Of a stretch of DNA of 64,000 bases, positions 36,826 to 47,249 are shown piece after piece. The stretch is from contig NW_003314337.1 of the NCBI RefSeq assembly GCF_000143415.4, forward strand, positions 575,234 through 639,233, given 5' to 3'. Source of the stretch: Selaginella moellendorffii. Its lineage: Eukaryota; Plantae; Lycopodiophyta. Position numbers and translations under genes: made by a program. The notes under the pieces were generated by a model. It saw only the letters and a list, made by a program, of their open reading frames with translations, was not told the origin of the DNA and ran no database searches. Positions within the stretch are counted from its first letter, which is position 1. Every line of letters starts with the position of its first letter.

Positions 36826-39800
36826 CATCGCCTTGGTGTAGATTTTGTACGCTGTGGTGAGCATCGTTATTGGTCTCCAGTTACGCAACTCTTGAAGGTC
36901 CCCTCTCTTTGGAAGTAGTGCGATCTGGCCCTCCAGTATCTCCGCCGGGAGCTGCCCTGCTTGCTGCGCCTTCGTCCAGGCCTCCATCATCAGTGGACCA
37001 ATCACCTCCCAGTTGTTCTGAAAGAATTTCGGGGGCAGTCCATCTACCCCAGGCATTTTGTCATCACTCAATCTGTTCAAGGCCTTGCGGAGATCCTCTA
37101 TGGTGAGATCTGCCACGAGTTGTTTGTTCCATTCCTGTGGGACTCTATGCAGCAGAGTTTTCAACACCTTCTTTGCTGCCTGGGCTCTGGCTGTAGTCCC
37201 TGGTTGTGCTGTGTACAACTGCTCATAGAACCTTTGTGCCAGTTCTTGCATGCCTTGCTGGTCCTCTACCAACTTTCCATCTTCTGCCTTGAGACCAAGA
37301 ATGGGTGGTGAGTCTGAGACTGGGCGGATACCTCTGTAGAAGGCCTTGTTCAGCAGCCGCTCGTTTACAGCAAATAAGTCCTCCTAAGTACGCACTCCGG
37401 AGCTCCAAGCCGCGAATTCCCTCTCCTGTAGTTCTGCTTCCCTCTGATCCAGGGCCGCTTGCCACCTTCCTGCGTCCTTGGCTGTCAGCACCATCCTCTG
37501 AGCTGCTGTCACCTTCTTCCTTGCTAGGCGCAGCTCCTTCATTACTTCGCCCTTTATCGCCCGCTGTCTCTCTCTTAGCTGGTCCGAGCAGCCTTGTAGC
37601 ACTGTGGTGAGCACTAGTTCGCTTCCCTCCAGAATCCGACTAACTTGTGCCGCTGCCTGTGCATCTGCCAGGGTGTGGATTGAGATGGCTCGCTGCACTG
37701 CTTTACCTTTGTCTTTCTGGAGCTTGATTGTACACCGGACTGGGTCGTGGTCCGAAAAAGAGGGGAAACATGGCCACGTCTTGAGACTCCCGCCATCTTT
37801 TCTCACTCTAGGGGAGGCATAGATCCTGTCCAGTTGTGATTGATAGCTTGTTGACTCCCGATGGGTGTAGAGGTGTGCATGGGGGGCGAATCCTTCCTTG
37901 TGCTGCAGGTCTACGAGGTCCAGCTGTTCTGCCAGTGCCAGCCATTGTAGTTGTTCCCGGCCCTGGATGGTCTCTTGGCCTCCTCTCCTGTCCTCTGTGT
38001 TTTCCACCATGTTGAAATCCCCTATCACCAGCCAATGCTCTGCCCGGCCTCTTGTTTTCACTCGAAGTTCTTCCCAGAAAAGGGTCCGAGCCTGTCTATT
38101 GGTTGGGGCGTAGACGTTTAGGATCCCCACTCGTCCAAAGTGCAAGCTGAGCACCAGGAGCTGCGCTCTCCCGGGCACCAACACTTCATGATCCCTCGCT
38201 TGCGCTGACCATCTGGTGGAAACCACAATGGCTGTGCCCCCCCCTAGCCTGGACCGAGCTGCTACCGCTGCGTTCCACCAAGTTTTCCCTCTCATGCCGA
38301 AGTTGTAGTCCGGTTCAGCGTCCATCTTGTGTTCCTGGATGCATAGAAAGTCTATCCCGCCTTCCAGTCCCAACTCCCTTATATGTGACTTGAGTTGGAT
38401 TTTTTTGTTGAGCCTACTGTCCGTGGAACTGAGGCCTCGGCAGTTCCATGTCAAGCACGTTAGGGTCGTCATGGTGCGACATACTTCCAGGAGGACCTGT
38501 TGGTGCTTGGCAGCGCCCTCCACTCTGTGGAGATGGTCCACACTGCCATTGGATTCCCTCGGTGTCTAGCCCAAGAGAATCCCCATACCGTGTACTTTGC
38601 GAATCCTGTCCATTCTATTATCGCTCGCTCCATCCGAGTTTGGTAGTCTCCGAGAGCTACTATCTCTGGGAAAGTCCCACTTCCACGCTGGACCAGCCAA
38701 TCTTCTGCCTCTGACGTTGCCAGCTCTCTCTTCGGGGGAATCCATCGGATCGCCAAATTCACTGTTTTGGGGAGTACTGTCTGGAAGCCTTCCACGCTGG
38801 TTTCCACTGGGGGACCTTCAAAAAGCCTGCTCTTGGAGCCCGAACCTGCTACAGGTGGGGCCATTGGGAACCTGATGTGCGGGGCACAATCTGGATCACG
38901 TTGTAGTAGCACCTTTTCTTCCTCCACTGGAAGCTCGAATGGCCGTTCCAGGGCCAATTTCTCCGTCCTCGCTGTGTATGCCGTCTCCTGGTGGCCCAGC
39001 CTCTGACAGATCCTGCATCTTTTTCCTGTGGTTTCTGTTTGGACCCTGATGTATTGTCCCAATACAGCCAACTCCGTTGGGGTCTCTACTGGAGAGTCTA
39101 CAAAGACTTTTAGCCTGATCGGCCCTAGCACTCCACCAGCTTCCACAGTATCCAGCCCTGAAGCAATATTCCCAATACTGCTTTCCACCAACTCTTTCAC
39201 CACATCCTGTGATCTCATCTCCATCGGGACATCCCAGAGTGCAATATTGAGAGGAAAGCTCCCTCCCTTCAGTCGTGCTTGTTCTTCTGCAGTAAACCTT
39301 GGGACCCAAGGGTGGAAAGACACAGCCCATTGGCTGTCAATCACGCCATGCAGCTCCTCCGCTCGTCTTCTTGCCTCCTCATCCTCGAACACGACTGTGT
39401 AGCACCCTTTACCATGCAGGAGTAGCTTCTGGACCGTGATCCCTTTCTCCAACGATGCGTTGAGCCAATCGATGGCTAGGCGTCCTGTTGGGAAGCTACC
39501 TCGGAAGACCGCAATAGTTGCTTTTAGTTTCAGCTCTGCTTCCTTGGCCGCCACTACTTGCTGCAAGTGGTCCCGCAGCTGCACTGCTTTAGTCCTGCTA
39601 TTGTGCATTACCCTCCCACTGTTGGGGGCCTGCACGTTTGTCTTCGTCTCTAAGCCGTCTCCACTTCCATGCGTGCCCTCCTTGCTGTTCTGTCCTGCAT
39701 CAGCGTCCTGGTCCTTGGGTCCCTCAGGGTCCTTGGACTGGTCCTCTCTCCCACTGTTTCCTCCATCCCTTTCTGCTTGATCTTTGGGGCACTCAGCTTC

Positions 39801-41781
39801 CTCTCTTTCGGACAGGTCTCCTGTTTTCTTTTCGATCACCTTGCCACCCCTCCTGGAGACTTGCTTCTTCTCGTGAACTGGTGAATCCTCTTGCTGTAGG
39901 AATTCTTCCACTGCTTCTGTCCACTCTGTCTTTTCTTGCTCCTTGCTCCACGCCTTCAACTTTCTCCTCGCCGCCTTGCGTTCCTTTTTCTTCTCTATTT
40001 TGTCCTTCTTGCACTCAATCTGGGCCTCTTCTCTCATTTGTTGCATTTCCCTCTTCTGGTCCTCGAGCAGCTCTGTAAGAGGCTTATCTAAGTCTCTACG
40101 CTTCTGCTGCTCCCCTTGGTTGTCTTTCCCCTGTCCGCTTTGGGTGGCCATCCTTTCTTCCAGGTTTAGCGGTTTTGCCTTGTCCAGATTCTTCCTGCTC
40201 TCCATCTCGTCCACAACTAGGTGGAAAGCCTCCTTGTATGCTGGGCCGAGTACTAGGTCCTCCCTGAGTGCATTTGTCTCTTGGTGCCAGATTTCTGCCA
40301 TGAGGATATCCTGGTGTAGGATGAGATCCTCTGAGGAGCTCCTACTAAGCTTCTGCTTGAAGTCCCTCGAGCACCAACGCAGCTCTCCTACGTCGGACAA
40401 GCAAGGCATGCACTCCTGTACGTCAACTATCCTCGTAGGGGGCTTGATCTTTGGTTGAGATCCCACCAATTTAGCGGGAGACTGCAGCTTCGGCTCCTTC
40501 AGTTTATTTGTGAGGTCTGAGAGGCATCTGTGAGCGAACTTGTGACTGAGTGAGACCACAATGTTCCTGTCTCTGATGTTCGCCTGATCCAGTGGCAGGA
40601 CATTGTCCCCTGGTGCATTCTCTCTCCCTTCCTGTTCATTCGGGCTCCTCTGACTTTCCAGGTCGGCCCTTGTCTCTCGTCGCTGGGTGTGTGGTGTTGG
40701 AGAGGGCCCTTGTTCCCCCCTGGGCTCGGTGGTGGGGGACAACGCACTCCCCTGATTATCCTCTTTTCCTGTTTCTGCCCTTGCTCGGCTTGTCTCGCCT
40801 CGCTCACGCGTGCCTCTCCCTTGTTTACGTGGTGTTGTTGTCCGGGAGCCTTCGCCACCTTTCCTCTCCCGATTCGGTGTTACCATTTCCCCTGCCTCTG
40901 GGGCTCTCGAGAGACTCCCCTGAGTTGCGTTTCCCAGCAACTGGAGTTGTTCCACTGGTTCTTTCTCCACTGGAAATATGATGCTTAGCCCCGCACTCTG
41001 CTCTAGTACGCCAAACCTTATGGGACTTCTCGCATCCTCCTCTTTTTCCCATACCTTCTTTGCCAACCTCCCTAGGCTCCTCGTCCACCTGGGGCTTAGC
41101 CTTCCCTCGATCTCGTCCTTCTGCGTTTTTGTTCCCCGAGTGTTTTTAGTGGATTGCGAGTCCTCCTTGTCCCGGCTCGAACCCGACCCTTCGTCTATTC
41201 CAGCTTGGTTAACCTTGCATCTGTCCACCGAACGAACTGAGCTGACTGGGGCACCTCCGACCACTGCTCATGGCTCCCTCGTCTTGGGCCTTCTGGTCGC
41301 AACCATCCCCTTGAGGAGCTTGAGATTCTCTTCTGCCCGGGCCATTGTCTCCTTCGTTTCTCTCTGTATTTCTTCTGTAAGCTCCTCTATCTTTTTCACC
41401 TTCTGCTTCTCACTGTCCAACCCCTGGAGCTGCTCCATCTGCAGGACTCCTCCCTTGGATACATTGCTGCTGAGATCCATATTCGTCTTACCAGGCCCTG
41501 CGCTGCCGTGGCAGCCGAGGGGTTGCTGCTTCGTGCCCATTGGGATTTTGTGGCTTGCTGTTCGTCCTTTGATCAGTCCACCTTGGGGTAGGCGAATACT
41601 GAGACCTCTCCCTCTTGACCCTTGTCCCAGCGTGATGGGCTGCCCTCGAGCTCTTCCTCTGCCTGGCGAATTGATTGGGTCCATCCTGGGCGCAAGAAAA
41701 TGAGACAACACAGAGAACAGAATAGAAAGATCCTTCCCTGGGCCTCACGGCGGATGCCCCTGCCGACGGTGGCAAGTGTGG
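36826..41781 (-). mobile_element. L1/Tx1-like LINE copy A (ORF0, ORF1 and ORF2 N-terminus; 3' part missing at the transposon TIR)
   Basis: Homologous to 45603-50497. ORF2 has CAG>TAG at 37384. Target duplication at its 5' side (41782-41797). Confidence 0.9.
38469..41264 (-). CDS. LINE ORF1 protein, copy A (coiled coil, DUF4283/RRM-like, damaged CCHC knuckle)
   Basis: 931-aa open frame. GKGCYTVVFEDEE...FHPWVPRF; CRICQRLGHQETAY (last Cys lost). Confidence 0.75.
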   Translation of the reverse strand: MVGGAPVSSVRSVDRCKVNQAGIDEGSGSSRDKEDSQSTKNTRGTKTQKDEIEGRLSPRWTRSLGRLAKKVWEKEEDARSPIRFGVLEQSAGLSIIFPVEKEPVEQLQLLGNATQGSLSRAPEAGEMVTPNRERKGGEGSRTTTPRKQGRGTRERGETSRARAETGKEDNQGSALSPTTEPRGEQGPSPTPHTQRRETRADLESQRSPNEQEGRENAPGDNVLPLDQANIRDRNIVVSLSHKFAHRCLSDLTNKLKEPKLQSPAKLVGSQPKIKPPTRIVDVQECMPCLSDVGELRWCSRDFKQKLSRSSSEDLILHQDILMAEIWHQETNALREDLVLGPAYKEAFHLVVDEMESRKNLDKAKPLNLEERMATQSGQGKDNQGEQQKRRDLDKPLTELLEDQKREMQQMREEAQIECKKDKIEKKKERKAARRKLKAWSKEQEKTEWTEAVEEFLQQEDSPVHEKKQVSRRGGKVIEKKTGDLSEREEAECPKDQAERDGGNSGREDQSKDPEGPKDQDADAGQNSKEGTHGSGDGLETKTNVQAPNSGRVMHNSRTKAVQLRDHLQQVVAAKEAELKLKATIAVFRGSFPTGRLAIDWLNASLEKGITVQKLLLHGKGCYTVVFEDEEARRRAEELHGVIDSQWAVSFHPWVPRFTAEEQARLKGGSFPLNIALWDVPMEMRSQDVVKELVESSIGNIASGLDTVEAGGVLGPIRLKVFVDSPVETPTELAVLGQYIRVQTETTGKRCRICQRLGHQETAYTARTEKLALERPFELPVEEEKVLLQRDPDCAPHIRFPMAPPVAGSGSKSRLFEGPPVETSVEGFQTVLPKTVNLAIRWIPPKRELATSEAEDWLVQRGSGTFPEIVALGDYQTRMERAIIEWTGFAKYTVWGFSWARHRGNPMAVWTISTEWRALPSTNRSSWKYVAP

Positions 41782-41797
41782 TAGGTCCCTGGGTCGA

Positions 41798-42607
41798 TGC
41801 AACGTGTATGTACATTTCTCCAAGTCCCTTAGGGACTGATACAAAAAGCAAGAATCCCTTAGTGCTGTTCACTCAACTACGCTGTCCTGCAATTCTCCAC
41901 CTAATAGTGATCGCTGCCCTCCAATCGTGGCTGCTGTGGTCGTCGCCTCCGCAGTGCATCCAGTGCCAGATCGCCACGTCGAGCCTCCTTTGTTACCGTG
42001 TCCGAAGGTCTCCATTTCCACTTGACCTCCCCCTCGTGTTCAGTTCCGTAGCACGGAGTCCATAGTCGTCGCCAAGCTGTGAGTGCCTCCCTGTTTTTCC
42101 CATGTTCCTGGAGCAGCGTATCCCTTAAGCGGATAGCAGCTAGTGTGAGCCTCCACCAGTTCGCCATGATCGCTGAAATCCGAGCGCACTGCCCTTCAAA
42201 GTGGTTGTGGTTCCGAGCCTCCCAGAGTGCCTGTACCCCGGAAGCCCGCCATACCTCCCATCTCGCCCGTCCAAGGGCCTCCCACACTGTAGTCCCAACT
42301 TCGGCGCCTACCGCGTCCCACCTAACTCAGGTGCCCCATCCTGAGCGTCCCCAACACCCGATCTTCCGCCAAGCTGCTCCTGTGCTTGGTCCCCTTGCCT
42401 CTAGAAACCATTGGGTGATATCCCCTTCTCGAATTTCGAACTCCTGCTTGTCCCCTAGTTCCCTCGTCGCTTTTGCTACCTGCCGCCACGTCTCCTTGGC
42501 CACGTCACAATCCCAGAGGAGGTGTGTGACCGTCTCCAGTTCCCCGCATTCCGGACACTTGCGAGCATTCTCCGCTTGAAATCGCTGGCCTACTGGCAGC
42601 CCATTCG
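41798..42607 (-). mobile_element. 5'-truncated LINE copy B
   Basis: 3'-most ~810 bp of the LINE, flanked by GGTCCCTGGGTCGA at 41784-41797 and 42614-42627. CGA>TGA stop at 42327. Confidence 0.92.
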
Positions 42608-42731
42608 AGCCCAGGTCCCTGGGTCGATGCAACGTGTATGTACATTTCTCCAAGTCCCTTAGGGACTGATACAAAAAAGCAAGAATCCCTTAGCGCTGTT
42701 CACTCAACTACGCTGTCCTGCAATTCTCCAC

Positions 42732-45700
42732 CTAGTAGTGATCGCTGCCCTCCAATCGTGGCTGCTGTGGTCGTCGCCTCCTCAGTGCATCCAGCGCCAG
42801 ATCGCCACGTCGAGCCTCCTTTGTTACCGTGTCCGAAGGTCTCCATTTCCACTTGACCTCCCCCTCGTGTTCAGTTCCGTAGCACGGAGTCCATAGTCGT
42901 CGCCAAGCTGTGAGTGCCTCCCTGTTTTTCCCATGCTCCTGGAGCAGCGTATCCCTCAAGCGGATAGCAGCTAGCGTGAGCCTCCACCAATTCGCCATGA
43001 TCTCTGAAATCCGAGCGCACTGTCCTTCGAAGTGGCTGCGGTTCCGAGCCTCCCAGAGTGCCTGTACCCCGGAAGCCCGCCATACCTCCCATCTCGCCCG
43101 TCCAAGGGCCTCCCACACTGTAGTCCCAACTTCGGCGCCTACCGCGTCCCACCTAACTCGGGTGCCCCATCCTGAGCGTCCCCAACACCCGATCTTCCGC
43201 CAAGCTGCTCCTGTGCTTGGTCCCCTTGCCTCTAGAAACCATTGGGTGACATCCCCTTCTCGAATTTCGAACTCCTGCTTGACCCCTAGTTCCCTCGTCG
43301 CTTTTGCTACCTGCCGCCACGTCTCCTTGGCCACGTCACAATCCCAGAGGAGGTGTGTGACCGTCTCCAGTTCCCTGCATTCCGGACACTTGCGAGCATT
43401 CTCCGCTTGAAATCGCTGGCCTACTGGCAGCCCATTCGTCGCCACGAGCCAAGAGGTTACCTTTGATTTTTCCTGGATCGGTTGTTTCCAGAACGCCACG
43501 GTATTGTCAATCACCTGGTCCGCCTCCACTCCTAGCGCGATCCACTTTTGCCACAGTCGTGGGATTTCTTCTCTCTCAAATTCTCTGTTCACCATCAAAC
43601 CGTTCCGCGCATCCTTGACCTCGTAGGTGAAGAAGCTGTTCGCCCCGCGTCTCCACGCTGCTGGGTCCCAGTCCAGGTCTTCTATTAGCTCTTTCCTCCA
43701 CCATATTAGCCGTCCCTCTCCTTCTAGCCAGCATGGTGACTCTACCACTTCTGTCCGAGTTGCTGTCTGTCTTAGAACCCGGATTCGTCCTTTCACTTCA
43801 TCGTCCGTGACCTGCGGCATCTGTTGGGGATTCCCCACCTCGAGGAGTGTGTCGCCTCTCACTACACGAAAGGGCCTACCGAGGTTCTGGTCTGGGTCCG
43901 TCACAAACCACACCTCGATCTCCCCCTCATTCCACGCTGGGGTTGGCATCGTGAATGCCCGAGTCCATTTCCCAAGTGGTACTTGCTCGCCGTCCGACGT
44001 TTCCTCCCTTTGAATTGCCACAAAGTCCCCAGCGTGTAGTCTTCTTTCTGGCCATTTATCCACTGTCCGTGCCTCTGTCACAGCCCGCATTAGCTTCAGT
44101 AGATCCCACTTCACGTCCCGCCACTTCCCTGGCCCGAAAACTTGGAAGCGCCGGGACGATTTCTGTGGATCCGGATCTACCACTCCAACTAGTTGTTTGA
44201 CTGTCCTGAAGCCTCCTTGGTGTACCCGCCTCCATATGGTGTAGTGGTTCTCTCGACCTAGTGTCCTGTCTCCTGCCTTGAACAACTCATTGAAAAAAAG
44301 CGGCTGGTTCAGCCAGTCCTCTGCCCTGTTTGGGATGACCTGCGTCACTGGAAATGACTTCCAGAGCCGATGGAGACCCTGGACCAACTGGCCTCCCCCT
44401 ACCACCTGTGTTTGGCCCTCCGCAAACATCCAGCGGGGGTCCTCATCCCACACTCTTGCGAATCCGTGCTTCGGCCTAATGGCTAGCATGCTCTGCCTGA
44501 ACAAGAGCTTCCAAACTTGGGCCCCCGGTTGAAGGCCCATTAGAATGACTTTGTACCTCAGCGCCTTGCTCATGTCACTTGGGTCGATTATCCCCAAGCC
44601 GCCTAGAACTCGTGGTCTCGCCGTCGACTGCCATGCCACCTTGGCCATCGTCCGGCCACTGACCAGCGCTCCCTTCCACACATACATGCGCACCATGGAC
44701 CTTATGTGCTTGAGTGTTGTCTCTAGAACCGGCCATACTGAGAGGTGGTACCACGTACTCGGCAACACGATGCTTTTCGCCACCACCACCCTTGCCGGCA
44801 GTCCCAGTTTCCGTGGCGCCCATTTCTGAATCGCAGTTCTGGTCCTCCGCAGCAGCGCTGAGTCCTGCGTAGAAGCTTTGAACTCACCTCCTACCTGAAT
44901 TCCCAGGTAGCGTGTGTCCTCCCTTGGTGGTAGCCACTGGAAGTCGATGTCGCGTCCCCACGCCTCTATGTCAGATTCCCCCCAGTTGATTCCTATTGAC
45001 TTGTTCCAGTTGATGGCCGCTCCTGCTGCTGCATTGAAGGCCTCTAGCCTGGCCCTTGCAGTGTCCAGGTTGGCCTTGGTACCTAGCAGAAAGAGTGCTG
45101 TATCATCCGCGAACGCGCTGTCGAGCAGGTCCCTTCCCACCGTTTGAGTTCCTGGGAGTTGCTGTCTTTCCTTGGGTAACTCCACGCCCCTGATTCCTTC
45201 ACCCTCCGCCAGGAACGCCCCTAGAGCCTCCGCAACCATGAGGAAGAGGTACGGAGCCAACGGGCAGCCTTGACGCACCGACCTCCCTAGCCGAAACCGC
45301 GGGCCTGTTTCTCCATTGATGACCACCCTGCTTGATGCTCCCCGGTACAAGAGAGCGATGCGTGTTACCATGGGTGCTGGGATTCCTATCCGTCCCATGC
45401 AGTCCTCCAGGAAGTCCCAGTCCACCCGGTCGTACGCCTTCTCGAAATCCAGTAGCCACGCCACCACATTCTGCCTCGAGGATTTTGCCCATCTTTGTGC
45501 CAGGAGATAGGTCCAGATATTCTCCGCAATCTGTCTCCCTGGTACAAAGCCTGTCTGTTGTTCTCGAATAATGATGGGCATCACCGGTTGCAATTTAAGC
45601 GCCATCGCCTTGGCGTAGATTTTGTACGCTGTGTTGAGCATTGTTATTGGTCTCCAGTTGCGTAGCTCTTGAAGGTCCCCTCTCTTTGGAAGCAGTGCGA

Positions 45701-47249
45701 TCTGGCCCTCCAGTATCTCCGCCGGGAGCTGCCCTGCTTGCTGCGCCTTCGTCCAGGCCTCCATCATCAGCGGACCAATCACCTCCCAGTTCCTCTGAAA
45801 GAAACTCGGGGGCAGTCCATCTATCCCGGGCATTTTGTCATCACTCAATCTGTCCAAGGCCTTGCGGAGGTCTTCTATGGTGAGATCTGCCATGAGTTGT
45901 TTGTTCCATTCCTGCGGGACTCTATGCTTCAGAGTTTTCAACACCTTTTTTGCTGCCTGGGCTCTGGCTGTAGTCCCTGGTTGTGCTGTGTACAGCTGCT
46001 CGTAGAACCTTTGTGCCAGTTCCTGCATGCCTTGCTGATCCTCCACCAACTTTCCATCTTCTGCCTTGAGACCAAGAATGGGTGGTGAGTCTGAGACTGG
46101 GCGGATACCTCTGTAGAAGGCTCTGTTCAGCAGCCGCTCGTTTACCGCCCATGAGTCCTCCTGAGTACGCACTCCGGAGCTCCACGCCGCGAATTCCCTC
46201 TCCTGTAGTTCTGCTTCCCTCTGGTCCAGGGCCGCTTGCCACCTTCCTGCGTCCTTGGCCGTCAGCACCATCCTCTGGGCTGCTGCCACCTTCTGCCTTG
46301 CTAGGCGCAGCTCCTTCATTACTTCGCCCTTTATCGCCCGCTGTCTCTCTCTCAGCTGGTCCGAGCAGCCTTGCAGTACTGTGGTGAGCACCAGTTCGCT
46401 CCCCTCCAGAATCCGACTGACTTGTGCCACTGCCTGTGCATCTGCCAGGGTGTGGATTGAGATGGCTCGCTGCACTGCTTTACCTTTGTCCTTCTGGAGC
46501 TTGATTGTACACCGGACTGGGTCGTGGTCCGAAAAAGAGGGGAAACACGGCCACGTTTTGAGACTCCCGCCATCTTTTCTCACTCTAGGGGAGGCGTAGA
46601 TCCTGTCCAGTCGTGACTGACAGCTTGTTGACTCCCGACGGGTGTAGGGGTGCGCATGGGGGGCGAATCCTTCCTCGTGCTGCAGGTCCACGAGGTCCAG
46701 CTGTTCTGCCAGTGCCAGCCATTGTAGTTGTTCCCGGCCCTGGATGGTCTCTTGGCCTCCTCTCCTGTCCTCTGTGTTTTCCACCATGTTGAAATCCCCT
46801 ATCACCAGCCAATGCTCTGCCCGGCCTCTTGCTTTCACTCGAAGTTCTTCCCAGAAAAGGGTCCGGGCCTGTCTGTTGGTTGGGGCGTAAACGTTTAGGA
46901 TCCCCACTCGTCCAAAGTGCAGGCTGAGCACCAGGAGCTGTGCTCTCCCCGGCACCAACACTTCATGATCCCTCGCTTGCGCTGACCATCTGGTGGAGAC
47001 CACAATGGCTGTGCCCCCCCCTAGCCTGGACCGAGCTGCTACCGCTGCGTTCCACCACGTTTTCCCTCTCATGCCGAAGTTGTAGTCCGGTTCAGCGTCC
47101 ATCTTGTGTTCCTGGATGCATAGAAAGTCTATCCCGCCTTCCAGTCCCAACTCCCTTATATGCGACTTGAGTTGGATTTTTTTGTGAAGCCTGTTGTCCG
47201 TGGAACTGAGGCCTCGGCAGTTCCATGTCAAGCACGTTAAGGTTGTCAT
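42732..47249 (-). CDS. LINE ORF2: APE endonuclease, reverse transcriptase, C-terminal CCHC (zf-RVT), 1505 aa
   Basis: TWNCRGL, CIQEHK, NVYAP, GDFN, SRLDRIY, SDHDPV; WRPITMLNTAYKI, LDFEKAYDRV, RQGCPLAPYLF, FADD, YLG; CPEC...HLLWDC. The ATG overlaps the ORF1 stop. Confidence 0.95.
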   Translation of the reverse strand: MTTLTCLTWNCRGLSSTDNRLHKKIQLKSHIRELGLEGGIDFLCIQEHKMDAEPDYNFGMRGKTWWNAAVAARSRLGGGTAIVVSTRWSAQARDHEVLVPGRAQLLVLSLHFGRVGILNVYAPTNRQARTLFWEELRVKARGRAEHWLVIGDFNMVENTEDRRGGQETIQGREQLQWLALAEQLDLVDLQHEEGFAPHAHPYTRRESTSCQSRLDRIYASPRVRKDGGSLKTWPCFPSFSDHDPVRCTIKLQKDKGKAVQRAISIHTLADAQAVAQVSRILEGSELVLTTVLQGCSDQLRERQRAIKGEVMKELRLARQKVAAAQRMVLTAKDAGRWQAALDQREAELQEREFAAWSSGVRTQEDSWAVNERLLNRAFYRGIRPVSDSPPILGLKAEDGKLVEDQQGMQELAQRFYEQLYTAQPGTTARAQAAKKVLKTLKHRVPQEWNKQLMADLTIEDLRKALDRLSDDKMPGIDGLPPSFFQRNWEVIGPLMMEAWTKAQQAGQLPAEILEGQIALLPKRGDLQELRNWRPITMLNTAYKIYAKAMALKLQPVMPIIIREQQTGFVPGRQIAENIWTYLLAQRWAKSSRQNVVAWLLDFEKAYDRVDWDFLEDCMGRIGIPAPMVTRIALLYRGASSRVVINGETGPRFRLGRSVRQGCPLAPYLFLMVAEALGAFLAEGEGIRGVELPKERQQLPGTQTVGRDLLDSAFADDTALFLLGTKANLDTARARLEAFNAAAGAAINWNKSIGINWGESDIEAWGRDIDFQWLPPREDTRYLGIQVGGEFKASTQDSALLRRTRTAIQKWAPRKLGLPARVVVAKSIVLPSTWYHLSVWPVLETTLKHIRSMVRMYVWKGALVSGRTMAKVAWQSTARPRVLGGLGIIDPSDMSKALRYKVILMGLQPGAQVWKLLFRQSMLAIRPKHGFARVWDEDPRWMFAEGQTQVVGGGQLVQGLHRLWKSFPVTQVIPNRAEDWLNQPLFFNELFKAGDRTLGRENHYTIWRRVHQGGFRTVKQLVGVVDPDPQKSSRRFQVFGPGKWRDVKWDLLKLMRAVTEARTVDKWPERRLHAGDFVAIQREETSDGEQVPLGKWTRAFTMPTPAWNEGEIEVWFVTDPDQNLGRPFRVVRGDTLLEVGNPQQMPQVTDDEVKGRIRVLRQTATRTEVVESPCWLEGEGRLIWWRKELIEDLDWDPAAWRRGANSFFTYEVKDARNGLMVNREFEREEIPRLWQKWIALGVEADQVIDNTVAFWKQPIQEKSKVTSWLVATNGLPVGQRFQAENARKCPECRELETVTHLLWDCDVAKETWRQVAKATRELGVKQEFEIREGDVTQWFLEARGPSTGAAWRKIGCWGRSGWGTRVRWDAVGAEVGTTVWEALGRARWEVWRASGVQALWEARNRSHFEGQCARISEIMANWWRLTLAAIRLRDTLLQEHGKNREALTAWRRLWTPCYGTEHEGEVKWKWRPSDTVTKEARRGDLALDALRRRRPQQPRLEGSDHY

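Noticed and set aside
36775-37272. 165-aa ORF as a separate gene
   Set aside because: It is a LINE RT fragment reading through into the transposon TIR.
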